Positions 47,894 to 62,614 of a stretch of DNA of 64,000 bases are shown here, one piece after another. The stretch lies in the NCBI RefSeq assembly GCF_009914755.1, contig NC_060927.1, one strand, 5' to 3'. The stretch's first letter is position 1. Each line of letters begins with the position of its first letter. Under the pieces are notes generated by a model, which saw nothing but the letters and a program-made list of their open reading frames with translations, was not told the DNA's origin and searched no databases. This stretch comes from the human T2T-CHM13v2.0 reference genome, Homo sapiens. The position numbers and the translations under genes are program-made.

Positions 47894-49059
47894 ATTCTTA
47901 CTTAAAAATTGTCAAGACTTGATGACTAATCTTGTTATTGCAATGTTGAAAACAGTACTTTTTATTAGCATAGCCAATCAGAAAAAAACCCAGAGCGACT
48001 TTTGAGACCTGGTTTCTAATTTACTTTTATATTGGAAACAGACGTAGCAAACTTAAACTTTTACAAAACAAGTGTAAAACATCAAATTGGTCCAATTTAA
48101 CTTTTTATGGTTTAGGAATTATCATAGAATCAGTGCCAATTTAGGACTGCTGTAAGCATGGAATTCTTGTTTGAATAGTTGAGGAAATCGGAGCAAGTGT
48201 CTTGACTCTATAATGATTGCATGTGTACCTTATCTTTATTATACATTCAAGGGGAATAATCTAGAAAGCTTCAGACCAAAGCTATTTATCTTAATATACA
48301 TGAGTACTTTATCCAACTTCTGGTAAGTTTTTTCAATTTATAGTGGAGAATGAATTTATAGATAAAATCTCTAGACCCATAAGTATTTTTATTGGTGTTG
48401 GTCTTTATTCTGATTTAGTGGACTCTGGGGAGACCACAAAAATTGTTTAATATGCCACAGTTCCTATAGGATGAGATTTTGTTCTATTGACTGGAATATA
48501 AATTAGTTCATTTGAGCCATGGAGCCTCCACCTATAGTACAATACATCTAAATCCCCATCTTAATGTAAGCTATTTTTATTTATAGGTAAGAAAAAGTGT
48601 ATTTTTCTTTATATCATGTTTCATGTATTTCCTTAAAATTCTCTTCATTCTCTACATTTAAAAATTAGTAGCCATCTAATTTAAACCATCATTTCGTAAG
48701 CACTTTTTCTTAGTTCTTCTACATATAGCCAATCAGTATTTTGATGTTAATATATCGTTTATATAATTTAGATGTAAATCAGTAGCAAATCGTCACTCAA
48801 ATATGGAGTAGATAAGTCTATAGTTTGTCTGAAATTATATCACAAGAGAATACATGAAATAAATGACTAGAATTCTCCATGGAGGAAACTAAAAGGAAAT
48901 AGAGTTTTATTTTTGAGAAAAAGAAATATTTTAGATTCTGTGCTGTTACAGAGATCATGTATGAATGAAATCAATGGTGGAAATTAAAAGATTCAGATTG
49001 GATTCCTCTGGTAGACATTATAATAATAAATATATGTGTAAACCTTGTAATCATGTTAC

Positions 49060-49250
49060 ATTTTAAAAACCACTTTATATGTCCTTTATGTGTATTAACT
49101 CATTTAATTCTGACAACAAGTCTACAAGTTGACTATTTTATATCTCTCTGTTTTTCATATGAGGGCATGGAGACATAGAATTTGTAATTGTCCAGTAAGT
49201 CATTGCTAAAAAATTGTTAAGACTTCAGGCCCCAGAGTCTACGCTATTTT
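49060..49250 (-). mobile_element. MIR fragment
   Basis: tgtattaactcatttaattctgacaacaa...ttttcatatgagggcatggagacatag. Confidence 0.65.
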
Positions 49251-50743
49251 TGGATTTTAAAAAAAATTGTCTAGAAGTGGCAATGAAACACTGAAAGAAT
49301 ACTAATGGAATTACTTCTTTGTCCAGAGGTACATAAAGTATGGAAGAATGAATACCCTCCTCCTCTTAAGAAAGCTTCAGAGGGGGAAAAGGACAAGTGT
49401 TAGCCTCAGGCAAGGACAGGGAGGAAGAATTCTGTGAAAAGTTGCAGGTTAAAGGAGGATCTCTTTTTAATGGACAGCGGTTTCAGACATTGTTGTGGAA
49501 ATGATTGAGAAGAAGCACAGCACAGCGCAGGTATAAGAATGTCAGTTATGTAAGATGTACAAGGATGTGAAGCATGGGGCTATTAACTGGCCCCGAACTG
49601 ACAGGTCGAGTGGAGACTGTTGACACCGAGCGGTGTACTGCATCCATCTAAGATTTTAAGTATAATATGGAAAAGCTGTATTGTTGAACCTGAAAGGTTC
49701 TTCCTCTTGTAACTGAGAAATATATCTCTTAGATAAAGCAACAATGGCTAATACACAGCTGGCATATTCCATTTCTAACTTTTTATTTATTTGCTTATTT
49801 CATATAATTATATTAATCCTTTAAAGCCCTGCCTTATGTTTCTTTTTTAATTACATGGAAAATTAAAGATAATTACAGTTATACAATTATTACACATATA
49901 CTCACTATTCAAAAGTAGAAACAATATATTTATTTCAGACCATTCTGTCCTTCTAATAATTTATAGGTAATAATTTATAGGTAAAGCTGTAAATTATATA
50001 AAGAGTAATAATTTATAGGTAAAGCTGTAGCCCTCTATGTTCCTCTTCATCTCAGGTTTTTTCTTTTATATCCCGAGTGAGAGCCACTATTATTATATTC
50101 GATGTAAACCCAAACTATATGTCCAATACTTTAACCCCAAATGAATACTATATACTTCATTTATCAGAAAAGCACTAAGTAGTTCCTTAAAATTTCTATC
50201 TATCTTGTGTACATATTTATTTCATATATAGAAAACATAATAAAATAAATATTATAATAAACAATAGTTTAAAGCTGTTCAGTGAAATAAAAGAGTTCTA
50301 GAGAGAAAATTATAAGGTATTATTGAAAGTTATAATTAATATTTGAATAAATGAAGAGATGTTCATGTTTTTGAGTGTTAAGGCTCAATTTGGAAATGTT
50401 AAATTCTCCAAATTAAAATATACAGATAATACAGTTATATTTAAAAATCCAAGTAGTTTTTTGATGGGAGAAATCTTGAGGAATTGATTCTACAATTCTT
50501 CCAAAAGTGTAAAAATTTAGGATTGTCTAAGACAGTTCTGTAAAGGAAAACAAACAGGAGTTGTATGTTTTTACCGTAAATCATTGAGTATGGGTTATTT
50601 TCTACTTTGTTAAACATTGCTCATGTTTTCCAAATGTATGGGTTCTTGGTAAATTGAAAAAAATAAATGAAGAAAGGATAGACTATTCAGCAAATTGCAT
50701 TGAAGCAACTGCCTTCTGGAAAGAGAAAAAAGTAGGTTGCTAT

Positions 50744-50745
<2 letters not shown>

Positions 50746-50780
<35 letters not shown>

Positions 50781-51060
50781 AGACAGAGTCTTGCTCTGTC
50801 ACCCAGCCTGGAGTGCAGTGGCCCAATCTTGGCTCACTGCAACCTCTGCCTCCTGGGCTCAAGTGATTCTCGTGCTCCAGCCTCCGAGTAGCTGGGGATA
50901 CAGGCATGCACCACCAAGACCAGCTAATTTTTGTATTTTTAGTAGTAACGGGGTTTCACCAGGTTGGCCAGGCTGGTCTCGAACTTCTGAGCTCAAGTGA
51001 TCTGCCTGCCTTGACCTCCCAAAGTGCTGGGATTACAGGCATGAGCCATAACGCCTGGCC
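50746..51060 (-). mobile_element. AluS
   Basis: Long poly(T) followed by an antisense dimer. Confidence 0.95.
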
Positions 51061-52109
51061 GGGAAAACAATTTTAAAGTTAAGAAAACCAGTTATTAATT
51101 CATAAGGGATCTCCTGTGTGCTTTTTCACAGTACACATCGTATGTAATAGATTATGTAGAGTTTTTGCATAGATTTTTTTAGATTCTTGCTTGTAAAGCA
51201 AGATTAGAAATTTTATAAATGGATAAATTTCTACATAACTATTATCAAACTATCATGCCAAAAAAAAAAGTCAAAATTAGAATGCTAGTAAAAAACATAG
51301 AGACACTTTGGTGAAGAGTGGGAAATGAAACCACTAAAAGGTCTTTTTTAAGGGTCGTTTAGTTCCTTGTAAATTACTGTTAATTTTTGACTCTACTTTC
51401 TAAGCCCATGATATCTTTGGAATATCTATAGAAATATGATATTCATAATAAGGGGGATAAACTGGTTTCATTAAGCAAGATTATTCCTTTATTTGTCCTG
51501 GTCATGCAACTTTTCTGTTCATCGTTGATTAAATATGACATTGTGGTTTCTTGTTAAAAACAGTTTCCTTGGAACAGCAACTAAAAGGCTTTTGAAATTT
51601 CTCATTTAGTTCTGTTTTTATATCATATATGGCCCTTCAAATGCAGTTCATGCTTTTTGTTCCAGAAAAAAAAAGAAAAATAAATAAATCATAAAAATAA
51701 AGGTGAGAAATATGTTCACACTTGTCTTTCAGGACATAAAGCTCTATAATACTGGGAACTGCCATGTTCACTAAACTGTTTACAGTCTTCCCTTCCTTTA
51801 ATATCAAACCCATCAACTGCATTAAACATGAATTTTTCCCTACATACCTTAATACCGCTTAGCACCCTAAAATATATAACAGAAATCCATAGTTATCCCC
51901 AAAATAGGCTTTATTTTCCACATTTTTTTCTATAATTTTTCCACAAAGCCACATCAAGTGAAAACAATAAAATTCTTAACATAGGCAAGTGCTGTTCTTC
52001 AATTAATGTAAGATATGAATAAAATAAATTTTATGAAACTTTTACTATTTACTAATAGTGAGATTGTTATGCAAGTGATACTTGAATATAAGTCACCTAG
52101 TTTCTAATC

Positions 52110-52292
52110 CTAGGTGATCTTCAAAGATTGGTTTCCAGACCAGCAGCATCCGCATCACCTAGAAACTTGTCAGAAAAGCAAATTACTGCCCAGACCTACT
52201 GAATTAGAACTTCTGGGAATGAGGTCCAGGATTCTATGTTTTAATAACTTTCCTAGTGATTCTGATGTAAGGTAAAATTTGAAAGCAACAGC
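52110..52292. mobile_element. MER5A (hAT-Charlie MITE)
   Basis: agaccagcagcatc...catcacctagaaacttgt...cagacctactgaattagaa...gtgattctgatg. Confidence 0.85.
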
Positions 52293-54585
52293 TTCTAATA
52301 TCACAAGCATAGAAATTCTCAAACCTTTCTTAAGACTGATCACATGGGAAGTTATCTGGTTTTGTCATATAGAATTCATATTTCTTTTTATTTTGTGTGA
52401 TCAATTACAGTTATTAACCACAGTAGAATTTTGTGCTTAGTATTTAATTTTGGAGTACACTAAAGTAGGAACTTTAACATCAGGAGACAAAGGAAAGGTT
52501 ATTTTTGTTTTAAACTCCTGTGATAGTAAATCCCAGAGAAAGAGACATTTTGATGGCTAAAAAAATCATGAATTTGTACTAAAAGGCATCACCTTAAAAG
52601 TCTTGAACAATATGGGAATTTTAAATCATAAATATTTAATATTTTTATTCAGTTGCCTATCTCTTTCTGCCTAGCTTGTTGCCTCTGAATGTAGGAGAGA
52701 ATATATCTCTTAAAAGCCAATGTTAATGATGGCTACTGCTCTCTGGTGATTGATTGATGCACTTAGCTTGAAAAGTCTATAATCTTGCAAATATTGCTAC
52801 AGAGAGGTTGAATTTAAATATGATAATGTTTTTGTTTTGTTTTGTTTTCGAACATGCTAATACTTTCTTTAAGGAGAACAAAACAATTAACTTTAGCCAC
52901 CGATTTAAAAAATTATCCATCTAATCTGATTTGAGACTCGCTAGGTATTTTTAAATTATGTTTTAGCATACTGTTTTCATCAACTAACTGCATTCTTTTA
53001 TAAGTTAGTTGAGACTTTTAGGCCTTACTCTTTTTAAATATCAGAGTTTCTACTGTGTTTTTAATGGTTTTTAACATTAGATTTTAATTTCTAATTAGAG
53101 AAATGATTATTGCAATCAATTTCACTGTTATCACAATAATGGCAATGTCACCCAAATGGATTCATTTTAGTAAGATAAATAACTTTGTTAAAAATATTTT
53201 TCATAATTCAATAAACAAGTACAGTTAATATTAAGTAATAAATAACAAAAAAATGGTGATCAAAGACAATGAAATCCACTTATATCTGTGAATTAAATAA
53301 TGATGAAAGCTCAAACTGTGGCAATAGAGAACCACAGAGAACATAGAAATCTCATAATACTACTCGTAAATAACCCATGGAAAACATGTGTTTTCCCTTG
53401 ATACATTAAGGTCTTGTTTTATTTTTAAATATTTCAGTGGTAGAATGAAAGAGTGAGATAGGGAAAGCAGAGAGGAAAAGAGGTGAGATGAAAAAGAGAG
53501 TGACTGTATGGAAGAATTAAATTTTACACTTAGAGTGTCTCAATATAAGATTTTCCAGTGAAGAATCTAAATTATATAAATTAATCAATTTCTAAAAGTA
53601 AAATATCCCCAAGCTACAGTAGAAGAGTGTCTCAATAAATATGTCAATGCTATGTGGATTTTCTCTGTCCTGTGGGATTTGACTGAGTAAATTAAAGGCT
53701 CACAGTACATGTGTTGTCAGAATCAAAACGTCTATTGTGGTAAAATATTTTTCACCAATTGTTCCAAATGTATCTGGAAGTAGTGATGGCAATTGACTGT
53801 GGTCACTGAAAAGTATAATTTCACCAAAGAAAAAGAACAAAAAAACCTGAATAGGACAAATGTTAGACTGGTCTCAGGGACAAGAAATTAACTCTTGTAC
53901 AATGATTGTATTAATAAAATGAGGTTTCAGTTACTTAAGAGGTTTTTAAAAGATCATTTTCTTGGCTCTTAACTTAAAAATAGGCTTTTTATGTGTACTC
54001 AAATTTCTTTGTTTCTTTTTTGTATATATGACTTTTTTAAAAGGCATCTGTTTCAAACTTCCGAAGAATGTAAGATATCTTAGTTAACAATGGCAAGAAA
54101 TACTACGTTCATACAATCTAGAACAATACTTTGCACAAAAAGTGCTCTAGTTATTATTTGTAGAATAGAAATATTTGAAGAATTGAGACCAATACATTTG
54201 TTGAATGATTTATATAAATAGTTACTAAGTATATAAATATGTCTTTCCTTAGAATGAACTCATCTAAAAGACATTTAAAAATGTCAGAATAAAGAAGACA
54301 ATCTACCAGCACCAAATAGAGTCTAGTTGAGTGTGTGCATGAAAATATTGTTAAGGTTGTCTTCATCAATTCATTCAACAGATATTCCCCTGCAAATGTG
54401 GAATAGATGGCAGGAAGAATCTCTTATTCCTCAGTTAGATTATAAGCCAAATGGAGGGAAAAGTAAAGGAGAACCGAAAAATACACTTCATCCTTCAGAT
54501 GGGAGATTATTTAAAAAATTTTTCACATATCCCTAAACTCATTGCAAATTTTTGTTGGAAAGAATCATATATAGCCCAAGGTTAT

Positions 54586-55296
54586 TGTAACGATGAATAC
54601 AAATTGGGGGTGAGGAGGGGAATTTTCTGGTAATTATGGGAGACTCCTCTATCTTCCTCTTTTCTTTCAAATCATTTTATTAAAAAATACTTGCAATTTC
54701 AAATCCTTTCTCTGTCCCTTTGAGATGCACATAAATATTTTAAAAACCTAAATAAGCTTGTTGCTAGCTGTACAGACCAAGAATGTCTTTTTAAAGGACC
54801 TGGGCACCATTTCTGAAATGTAATCATCAAGAAAAGTGGTGCTATCTCCCATTTTTTGTGGAAGAATAGGACCTAACTCAAAAGAGTTCCTTGCTTCAAA
54901 ACAACTTCCTAACATAAAATCATGAGAAATTTTTTTACTTTGAAGAAAACCATTTAGCTAACAGAAATGGTCATCCCACTTACCAGATGAATTTATGATG
55001 AGCTATGTGTGATAAATAGTGTTGTCAAGTCCTCTTATTTGATGATTAGTTATCATTTATTCTGAGACCATGTATGCAATGGCTTGAATCTGCTTAGCTA
55101 CATAGAAGAGTGAGTTTTTTTTGTTTGTTTCTTTATAATCTCCTAGCAGATTGCCTGTGATACACACCATATTCTGCTTTAATGCTTCTTCAATTAAAAC
55201 GAAAAAGAAAAGAAAAATTGTCTTTTTCTTCTACCTTTGTGGAGCAGTTTTCTAGGCTGAGAGGAAATTTTATTTTTCAACTATATTCCCTCAATA
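54586..55296 (+). mobile_element. ERV1-class solo LTR (MER67-like)
   Basis: aggacctggg...tgaaatgtaatcatcaag; agcagattgcctgtgat; end ctacctttgtggag...tatattccctcaata. Family from recall. Confidence 0.6.
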
Positions 55297-55404
55297 GTGT
55301 GTAACATACACGTTCTCTTAAATTGGCTAAATATATATTCCTTTTTATGTTTTATTTTTATTTTTTAGAAATTGATACAGGTATTTTATTGCTTGAAAGT
55401 TTAG

Positions 55405-55671
<267 letters not shown>

Positions 55672-55709
55672 TAGGTACAGTCATGATAATGTACATTTCT
55701 AGAGTGTAT

Positions 55710-56183
55710 TTTTTATTTTTATTTTATATATATATATTATTATACTTTAAGTTCTAGGGTACATGTGCATAACGTGCAGGTTTGTTACATATGTATACAT
55801 GTGCCATGTTGGTGTGCTGCACCCATTAACTCGTCATTTACATTAGGTATGTCTCCTAATGCTATCCCTCCCCTCTCCCCCAACGCCACAACAGGCCCCA
55901 GTGTGTGATGTTCCCCTTCCTGTGTCCAGGTGTTCTCATTGTTCAATTCCCACCTATGAGTGAGAACTTGCAGTGTTTGGTTTTTTGTCCTTGCAATGGT
56001 TTGCTGAGAATGATGGTTTTCAGCTTCATCCATGTCCCTACAAAGGACATGAGCTCATCATCTTTTACGGCTACGTAGTATTCCATGGTGTATATGTGCC
56101 ACATTTTCTTAATCCAGTCTATCGTTGATGGATGTTTGGGTTGGTTCCAAGTCTTTGCTATTGTGAATAGTGCTGCAATAAAT
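55710..56183 (-). mobile_element. L1PA5-like 3' end
   Basis: Antisense 3'UTR cattaactcgtcatttacattagg; ORF2 C-terminus [10 protein letters not shown]...SLIGGN. Confidence 0.9.
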
Positions 56184-57151
56184 ATATTCTTAATATAAAC
56201 AAAGCAGGAGACCAATATTTAAAGAAAAACATTTTATCCTACACAAAATTCTATTTGCACGATTTTCTGTATTCACATTTGATCTTTTTGTTTAATACGA
56301 AATTTAACTGGACTTCAAGGATGAAAAACAAAACAGCAATAAATTGCAGAACTTCTGTCCAGGATAGTGTGCTTAGAGAAAAAAAATGTGGTGGAAACAA
56401 AACCAGCATTTAGATTGTGAAACAATGATGAAATGCCTAAAAGATAATGGAAAAATTCATAAATACAAACAACAATGGTTTAGAACCATAAGGTACAACA
56501 GACTACTCAGTTTGCTGGAATTTTTGAAACTTACTCTAGAAGAAAAAACAAACTCATACATATAAAATAAAGATATAGGGACTGAAGGATAATAGAATAG
56601 CAAGTTAAAACAATAATGGAGGTATAAATAGGATAAAATGGCTGAATTGAGCAGCAACCTTTCTGAAAGTATTAAGTTTGTTTAAAAATATATGAAAAAG
56701 TATAGTTGGTTTTAGAGTGGAAAAGGTTGTATATGATTAAGACTAAATCAATAAACATTGACATTCAGTTGTTTATGATAAAAATTATTACACATTCTAT
56801 GCATGTTCTTCTTTAATATATTATCAAACATGAATTGTATTTTAGAAGTATATAATATATTTAATTAAATATCTATTATCAAACATTAAATAATAGCTTG
56901 ATGTATTTATCAAGGCATTGGAAAAGCTAATTGTAAAAAAATATAAAATATGAAACAATAAAATATACTTCATTTTAACAAATATTTCTTGAATACCTTG
57001 TATATGAGAGACACTATAGAAGATACAAAGATAATGTAACCCCTGCCTTTGAATATAATATTCTCTATAAAATAGGTATCAATCAGGTATTCAATCAGAA
57101 TTTATTAATTGCTTATGGTATAAAAATAACTAAAATTTTCCAAAATCATAT

Positions 57152-58455
57152 ATGATGGCAAGATTTAAGTCTTTGATCCATCTTGAGTTAGTTTTTGTAT
57201 AAGATGAGAGATAGGGATCCACTTTCATTCTTCTACATGTGACTAGCCAATTTTCCCAGCACCGTTTATTAGAGTGTCCTTTCCCCAGTGTATGTTTTTG
57301 TATGCTTTGTTGAAGATCAGCTGGTTATAATTATTTGGCTTTATTTCTGGGCTCTCTATTCTGTTCCATTGGTTTATGTGTCTATTTTTATGTAAGGAGC
57401 ATGCTGTTTTTGTATCTATATAGTCTTATAGTATAACTTGAAGTCCAGTAATGTGATGTGATGCTTCCATGTTCATTCTTTTTGCTTAGGATTGCCTTGG
57501 CTATTCAGGCTCTTTTTGGTTACATATTAATTTTAGGATTATTTTTTATAATTCTGTGATTAACAATGTTGGTATTTTGATGGCAATTGCATTGAATTTG
57601 TAGATTGCTTTGGTCAGTATGATCTGTTTCACAACATTGATTCTTCCAATCTATGAGCATAGAATGTGTTTCCACTTGTTTGTGTCATCCCTGACTTCTT
57701 TCAGCAGTGTTTTGTAATTTTCCTTGTAGAGATCTTTTACCTCCTTGGTTATGTATATTCCTAGATATTTTACTGTTTTTCTTCAGCTATTCTAAAGGGG
57801 ATTGAGTTCTTGATTTAATTCTCAGCTTGGTCATTACGATAACAGTGCTAATAACTTGCAAACATTGATTTTGTAATCTGAAACTTTACTGAATTCATTG
57901 ATCAAATCTAGGAGTCTTTTGGAGGAGTATTTAGGATTCTCTAGGTATGCAATCATATCATCAACAAACACTGATAGTTTGACTTTCTGTTTTCCAACTT
58001 GAATTTACTTTACTTCCTTCTCTTGCCTGACTGCTCTGGCTAGGACTTCCAGTTCTATGTTGAATGCAAGTCATGAAAGTGAGCATACTTGTCTTTTTTT
58101 TAGTTCTCTAGGGAATATTTTCAACTTTTCACCATTCAGTATGATTTGGCTGTGAGTTGCTTCTCATACATGGCTTTTATTATTTTGAGGTATAATCTTT
58201 ATTTTCTTTTGTTTCTTGTTTTTTATTTTTTAAGAGATGAAGTCTTGCCATGTTGTCCAGGCTGGTCTCAAACTCCTGGGCTCAGCCAATCCACACACCT
58301 TGGCTTCCCAAAGTGCTAGGATTATAGGCATGAGCCACTGCACCCAACCTAGTTTTGATCTTTCTATGCCTACTTTGTTGAGATTTTTTTTTTATCATGA
58401 AGGGGTGTTGAATTTTATTAAATTCTTTTTCTATCTCTATTGAGTGGATACAGGC
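57152..58455 (-). mobile_element. L1PB/old L1PA ORF2 fragment with nested FLAM (~58200-58350)
   Basis: Antisense ORF2 motifs (ttttcccagcacc; ggctaggacttccagt). Confidence 0.82.
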
Positions 58456-59019
58456 ACTGCATCTTACCACATCAAAAAGGAACAACTGAGGAAGCTAAAA
58501 CACTGAGTTTTGTGTCTCCCCCCTTCCCCCCAAAAAAACCCAGGTGTTTTGAAACTTTATTATTTGCTTCAGGGAATTCTGGTATTTCATCTGCCCCTGT
58601 TAACAGAATATAAAGTTCTAAAGAGATTAATCTGGCCTACTTTTTCTTTTAGCTCACTTTATTATTTACCTTCCTAAATTCAATTATTTAGGGAGAAACC
58701 TGTGACAGACATTGAACATTTTTAGAGAAGAATAAATTGAAATTCGAGTTAGATGGACAACACTCTTCTCTTTTTAAGCCAAGTACTCATAATAACATTT
58801 TTGTGGAAGCAAATTAAGACAGAAACTTATCAGTTTAAATAAATAATTTATTCTAGGTTTGTTCTATATATGGATCAAACTCTAGCAATTAATTGCTTTT
58901 GCTAGGAAAGTGGTGCTACAGACTCAATTTGAAGGCCACCCCTTCCAAGAGGTCTTTGTTCTCTTAGGAAAAAAGTGTAACGATTGTAGTTTTAGGAAGT
59001 CTTGGATGAAAATTAGTCT

Positions 59020-59200
59020 CTAACCCTTTCTACTTATTTGAATAAGACAATCAATCTCCCAAAGTTCAGTTACTCTGTCTAAAACAGTGGGAATATTATT
59101 ACATAATACTTACAGAAATTGTATGGAAAATTGAATGCCGTAATATTTTTAAAAGGAAGCACAGAGCAGGCACACAGTAGCTGCTTAATAAATGCTAGTT
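59020..59200 (+). mobile_element. MIR
   Basis: 3' end gcacagagcaggcacacagtagctgcttaataaatgctag. Confidence 0.65.
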
Positions 59201-62200
59201 CTCTAGTCTGGTAAATGAAACTATCTGGAGGATGTGCTATTATACATATGCTATTTTATTTATAAACCACAAACTCAAACTTACTATTTTGGCATCTATG
59301 GAATACATATCTACAAAGGAAGTAACCATACGATAGTATAAAATGATAGAACAAAAGTGTCTTTGGAATTGTTGATTATGAAATAACATCCCTTCAGAAT
59401 TTTATTACAATTAGGTTAATTGGTTACTTATTATTTTATATGGATTGTTTAAAAACAAAAATACAAACAGCAAACAAAATATATTGTTCATTTTCCAAAA
59501 GATTTTATAAATTTTCTGGAATTTTGCTAGATTTTTGTTCCTGGAATTATAATTTTAACAAGAACGATTATTAAAGACACTCCTGTTTATTAAACTAATG
59601 GTGAATTAATACTGACCCATGTTCATATCCAGTCCAATGTTATGTCTCATTTGTTATCTCTATGATGTGTTAACCTAAAATATAGAACTGCATTTCCTAC
59701 CTCTGTGGAGATATTATCAACATAATTACAATCCATATATTTTATGTGAGAATTGTTTGAGCACTCTATTACAACAAGTTCAAAGAGGCGTTTTTCTGAA
59801 CCAATTGGTTTTTATCTCTAGTCTCCATGAGACCCACAAATTCTTTAGCTACTCTACGATTACTTTCTTAAGGAAAGGTAATAAGGGTTTAGCAGTGTAC
59901 TTATTTGGCAGTTACACACAACACTGTGAAATAAATCTTCCAATATGTTGAGTTAAAGAATCCTGCAGTATAATGCTCCCCTTTAAAGTATTGTAATCAA
60001 AAATTTCTAGAGCAATTCTAACCAAACTCAACCACAGTACCCTTCACTCTCAAAAACACTAAAAACACCTACATCACCACAGGGCATTGAACATAAACTT
60101 AGATTTAGTATATTCCACTTCAATAACTCCTATATGAACTACCTTTCAAGAGGAAATGTAGAAATCATTTGTAGTTTTAACAACTGACTAGTTATTGTAG
60201 CTATGGAGCAGAAAGAATCCTTAGCATTTATCAACTTGACTTTTATATTCAAAACATTTAACAAAGAGTTTTGCTGTCATGAAGAAAAAAATATTCTATG
60301 CAGCTGAATTCTGAGCCTTCTTCTTCTTTCTGTATACCAGTAACAATAAATGTCTAGATTTGTTTTCTCTTGTATCCATTTCCTCATGTTGTCTCTGTAG
60401 CTCTGATAATAGACATCTATTTTAAAATGAGTACTCAGTGCACTTTGACATAATTGAGCACTAATCTGATGGGAAGCATTAGGTGTTCTGGTTAAAGACA
60501 CAATCACATGGAGTTGTTATGAACTGGGTAAAAGCAAAGTCTGAAAATTTACATTTAGTTCTCTCCATCTCTCTTTATACATCCTTCCATTTGTATAGAG
60601 AGATATAGAGGTGTTTGATAGCCTTCATTTAAAATGTTTTAAAATAGTTTATTAAACCTTCCTGAAGTAGTCAGGGTTTTGTATAGAAAAATCCCCATGA
60701 ATTTAGATGGTCTGGTAAGGTAAAAAAGAGAAGTCATATGTTATTTTAACAAACTTATATAAAAATTATGTACAACTAGTTTTCAGTTATGGATAGTAGA
60801 TTAATTTTATGATTTTCCATACCTTTCTGTTTTTTAAAAAATCTTAAAGAAATAACTAGTAATTATGGAGCTTGATTTGTTAGTTACCTTTTAGGACAAT
60901 TGATGCTATGAGTTTTTTTTGCTTATTTGTGTTTTGTTTTTGGTTATCTTCAAGACCAACATATATTATACATTTGTTTCTTTTGCTTTTCCAAAGATTG
61001 ATATATCTCTTATAATAAAGTTTTAGAAAAATAATCTTTCAGTATGTTTTTAGGGAGCAACCTAAGACATTGTCTGTGAAAAGTCTTACTTTGACACAAA
61101 TAATCACTCACACTACAGGTTTGCTGAGAGGCATTGGGATCTTGTACTCCTTTAACTTAAAAATAATCATATATTGGAGGAACTCTGAAGTATTCTGCTC
61201 TTATATAATTATATGTAATAAAATAGATATGCTTAAAGAAGATAACTTGCTGTGAGAGGACCCAGGATGTAGGCATAAGTTGGATCTAATTTTGGCGACA
61301 TAAATTTAGCCAAACCTTTGAAGAATGCAGCTTCAGTTTTTTGATTTTTTGTTTTCTCCAGTTACAAAACAACTGAGATGTACTTGTTTTTTAAATCATT
61401 TCCAAATGATCATTCTGAGTTTCTGTAATTTATATTTTTTGAAATTATGATTCAATCATTTATATCTGACAATAATCATGGCAAGATTTAGGTAATCTTC
61501 TCTAACTTGAGGTTGCCTAGATAATTTAATGATTTTCAAATTTCCAAGGTATTTTATCATTTACCCACATTAAGGATGGTCTCCTTTTCTAAACATGGCA
61601 GTTTTTAAACCTTTGTTAAAAATCACATTGAGATAGAGATTTCAGGAGTTGAAGAAAAAGAAAATGGTCAGAGTTTTACATTCCTTTTAAGTCCCTATGT
61701 GTTCAATTCTGAAACAACACAAAGATAACTTGAGATCCTATGAATTAAACTCAAAGTTATCCTTTTACATTCATATGAATTAAAAATTCAAACAACTCAA
61801 AGATAACAAGACATTCTTTGTTCAGAATTGGCATTGTTTGCAGCTATTAAAGACAAATGAAGGTCCACTTTCAGCACATCTCTGGATATCCACAGAAAAT
61901 TTCTGGCCTACAGCTATTTCAAAAGAGAAAATGTTCTAAGTAAAATTTTTAAAATAATGTTTCCTAGTTTCAGACCCATGGTAAAATTTATAATTTCTAC
62001 TCATTGCAATCATATGAGACTCCTGGCTATGCCAAAGGCTAATTAAAGGTAGCCTAAAGATCTCTCCAAGTAGGGTAAGAGATCATATAAACAAATTAAA
62101 GTTGGAATGTCACTCATTAATTTTCAACGCAAACAATTAAGATAGTTTATTACACATTATGGATTTGATCTACCTTGATTAAAAATTCTTGTTATAGTAT

Positions 62201-62316
62201 TAATTTTCTTTATTTCCATGTTTTTTTCCATTGAATAACTTCAATATTTACATCTTCTCTTTAACTTCAATATTCACATCTACCTGTTAGGATGGTGTTG
62301 AAATAAAATAATTGTT

Positions 62317-62606
62317 TGCCAGGTGCAGTGGCTTATGCCTGAAATCCCAGCACTCTGGGAGGCCAAAGTCGGGGGATCATTTGAGTTTAGGAGTTCAAAG
62401 CCAGCCTGACCACCATGGCGAAACCCCGTCTCTAATAAAAAATATATATATAAATATTAGCCAAGTATGGTGGTGGACACCTATAATCCCAGCTACTCAG
62501 GAGGCTGAGGCAGGAGAGTCAGTGGAACCCAGAGGTTGCAGTGAGATTGCCCCACTGCACACCAGCGTGGGCACAGAGCAAGACTCCTTCTCAAAAAAAA
62601 AAAAAA
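62317..62606 (+). mobile_element. AluS
   Basis: Full dimer with A tail. Confidence 0.93.
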
Positions 62607-62614
62607 GAAAATTG

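Noticed and set aside
51600-51710. Minus-strand terminal exon after a long polypyrimidine tract
   Set aside because: The tract ends in CTG, not AG, and all three frames close quickly.
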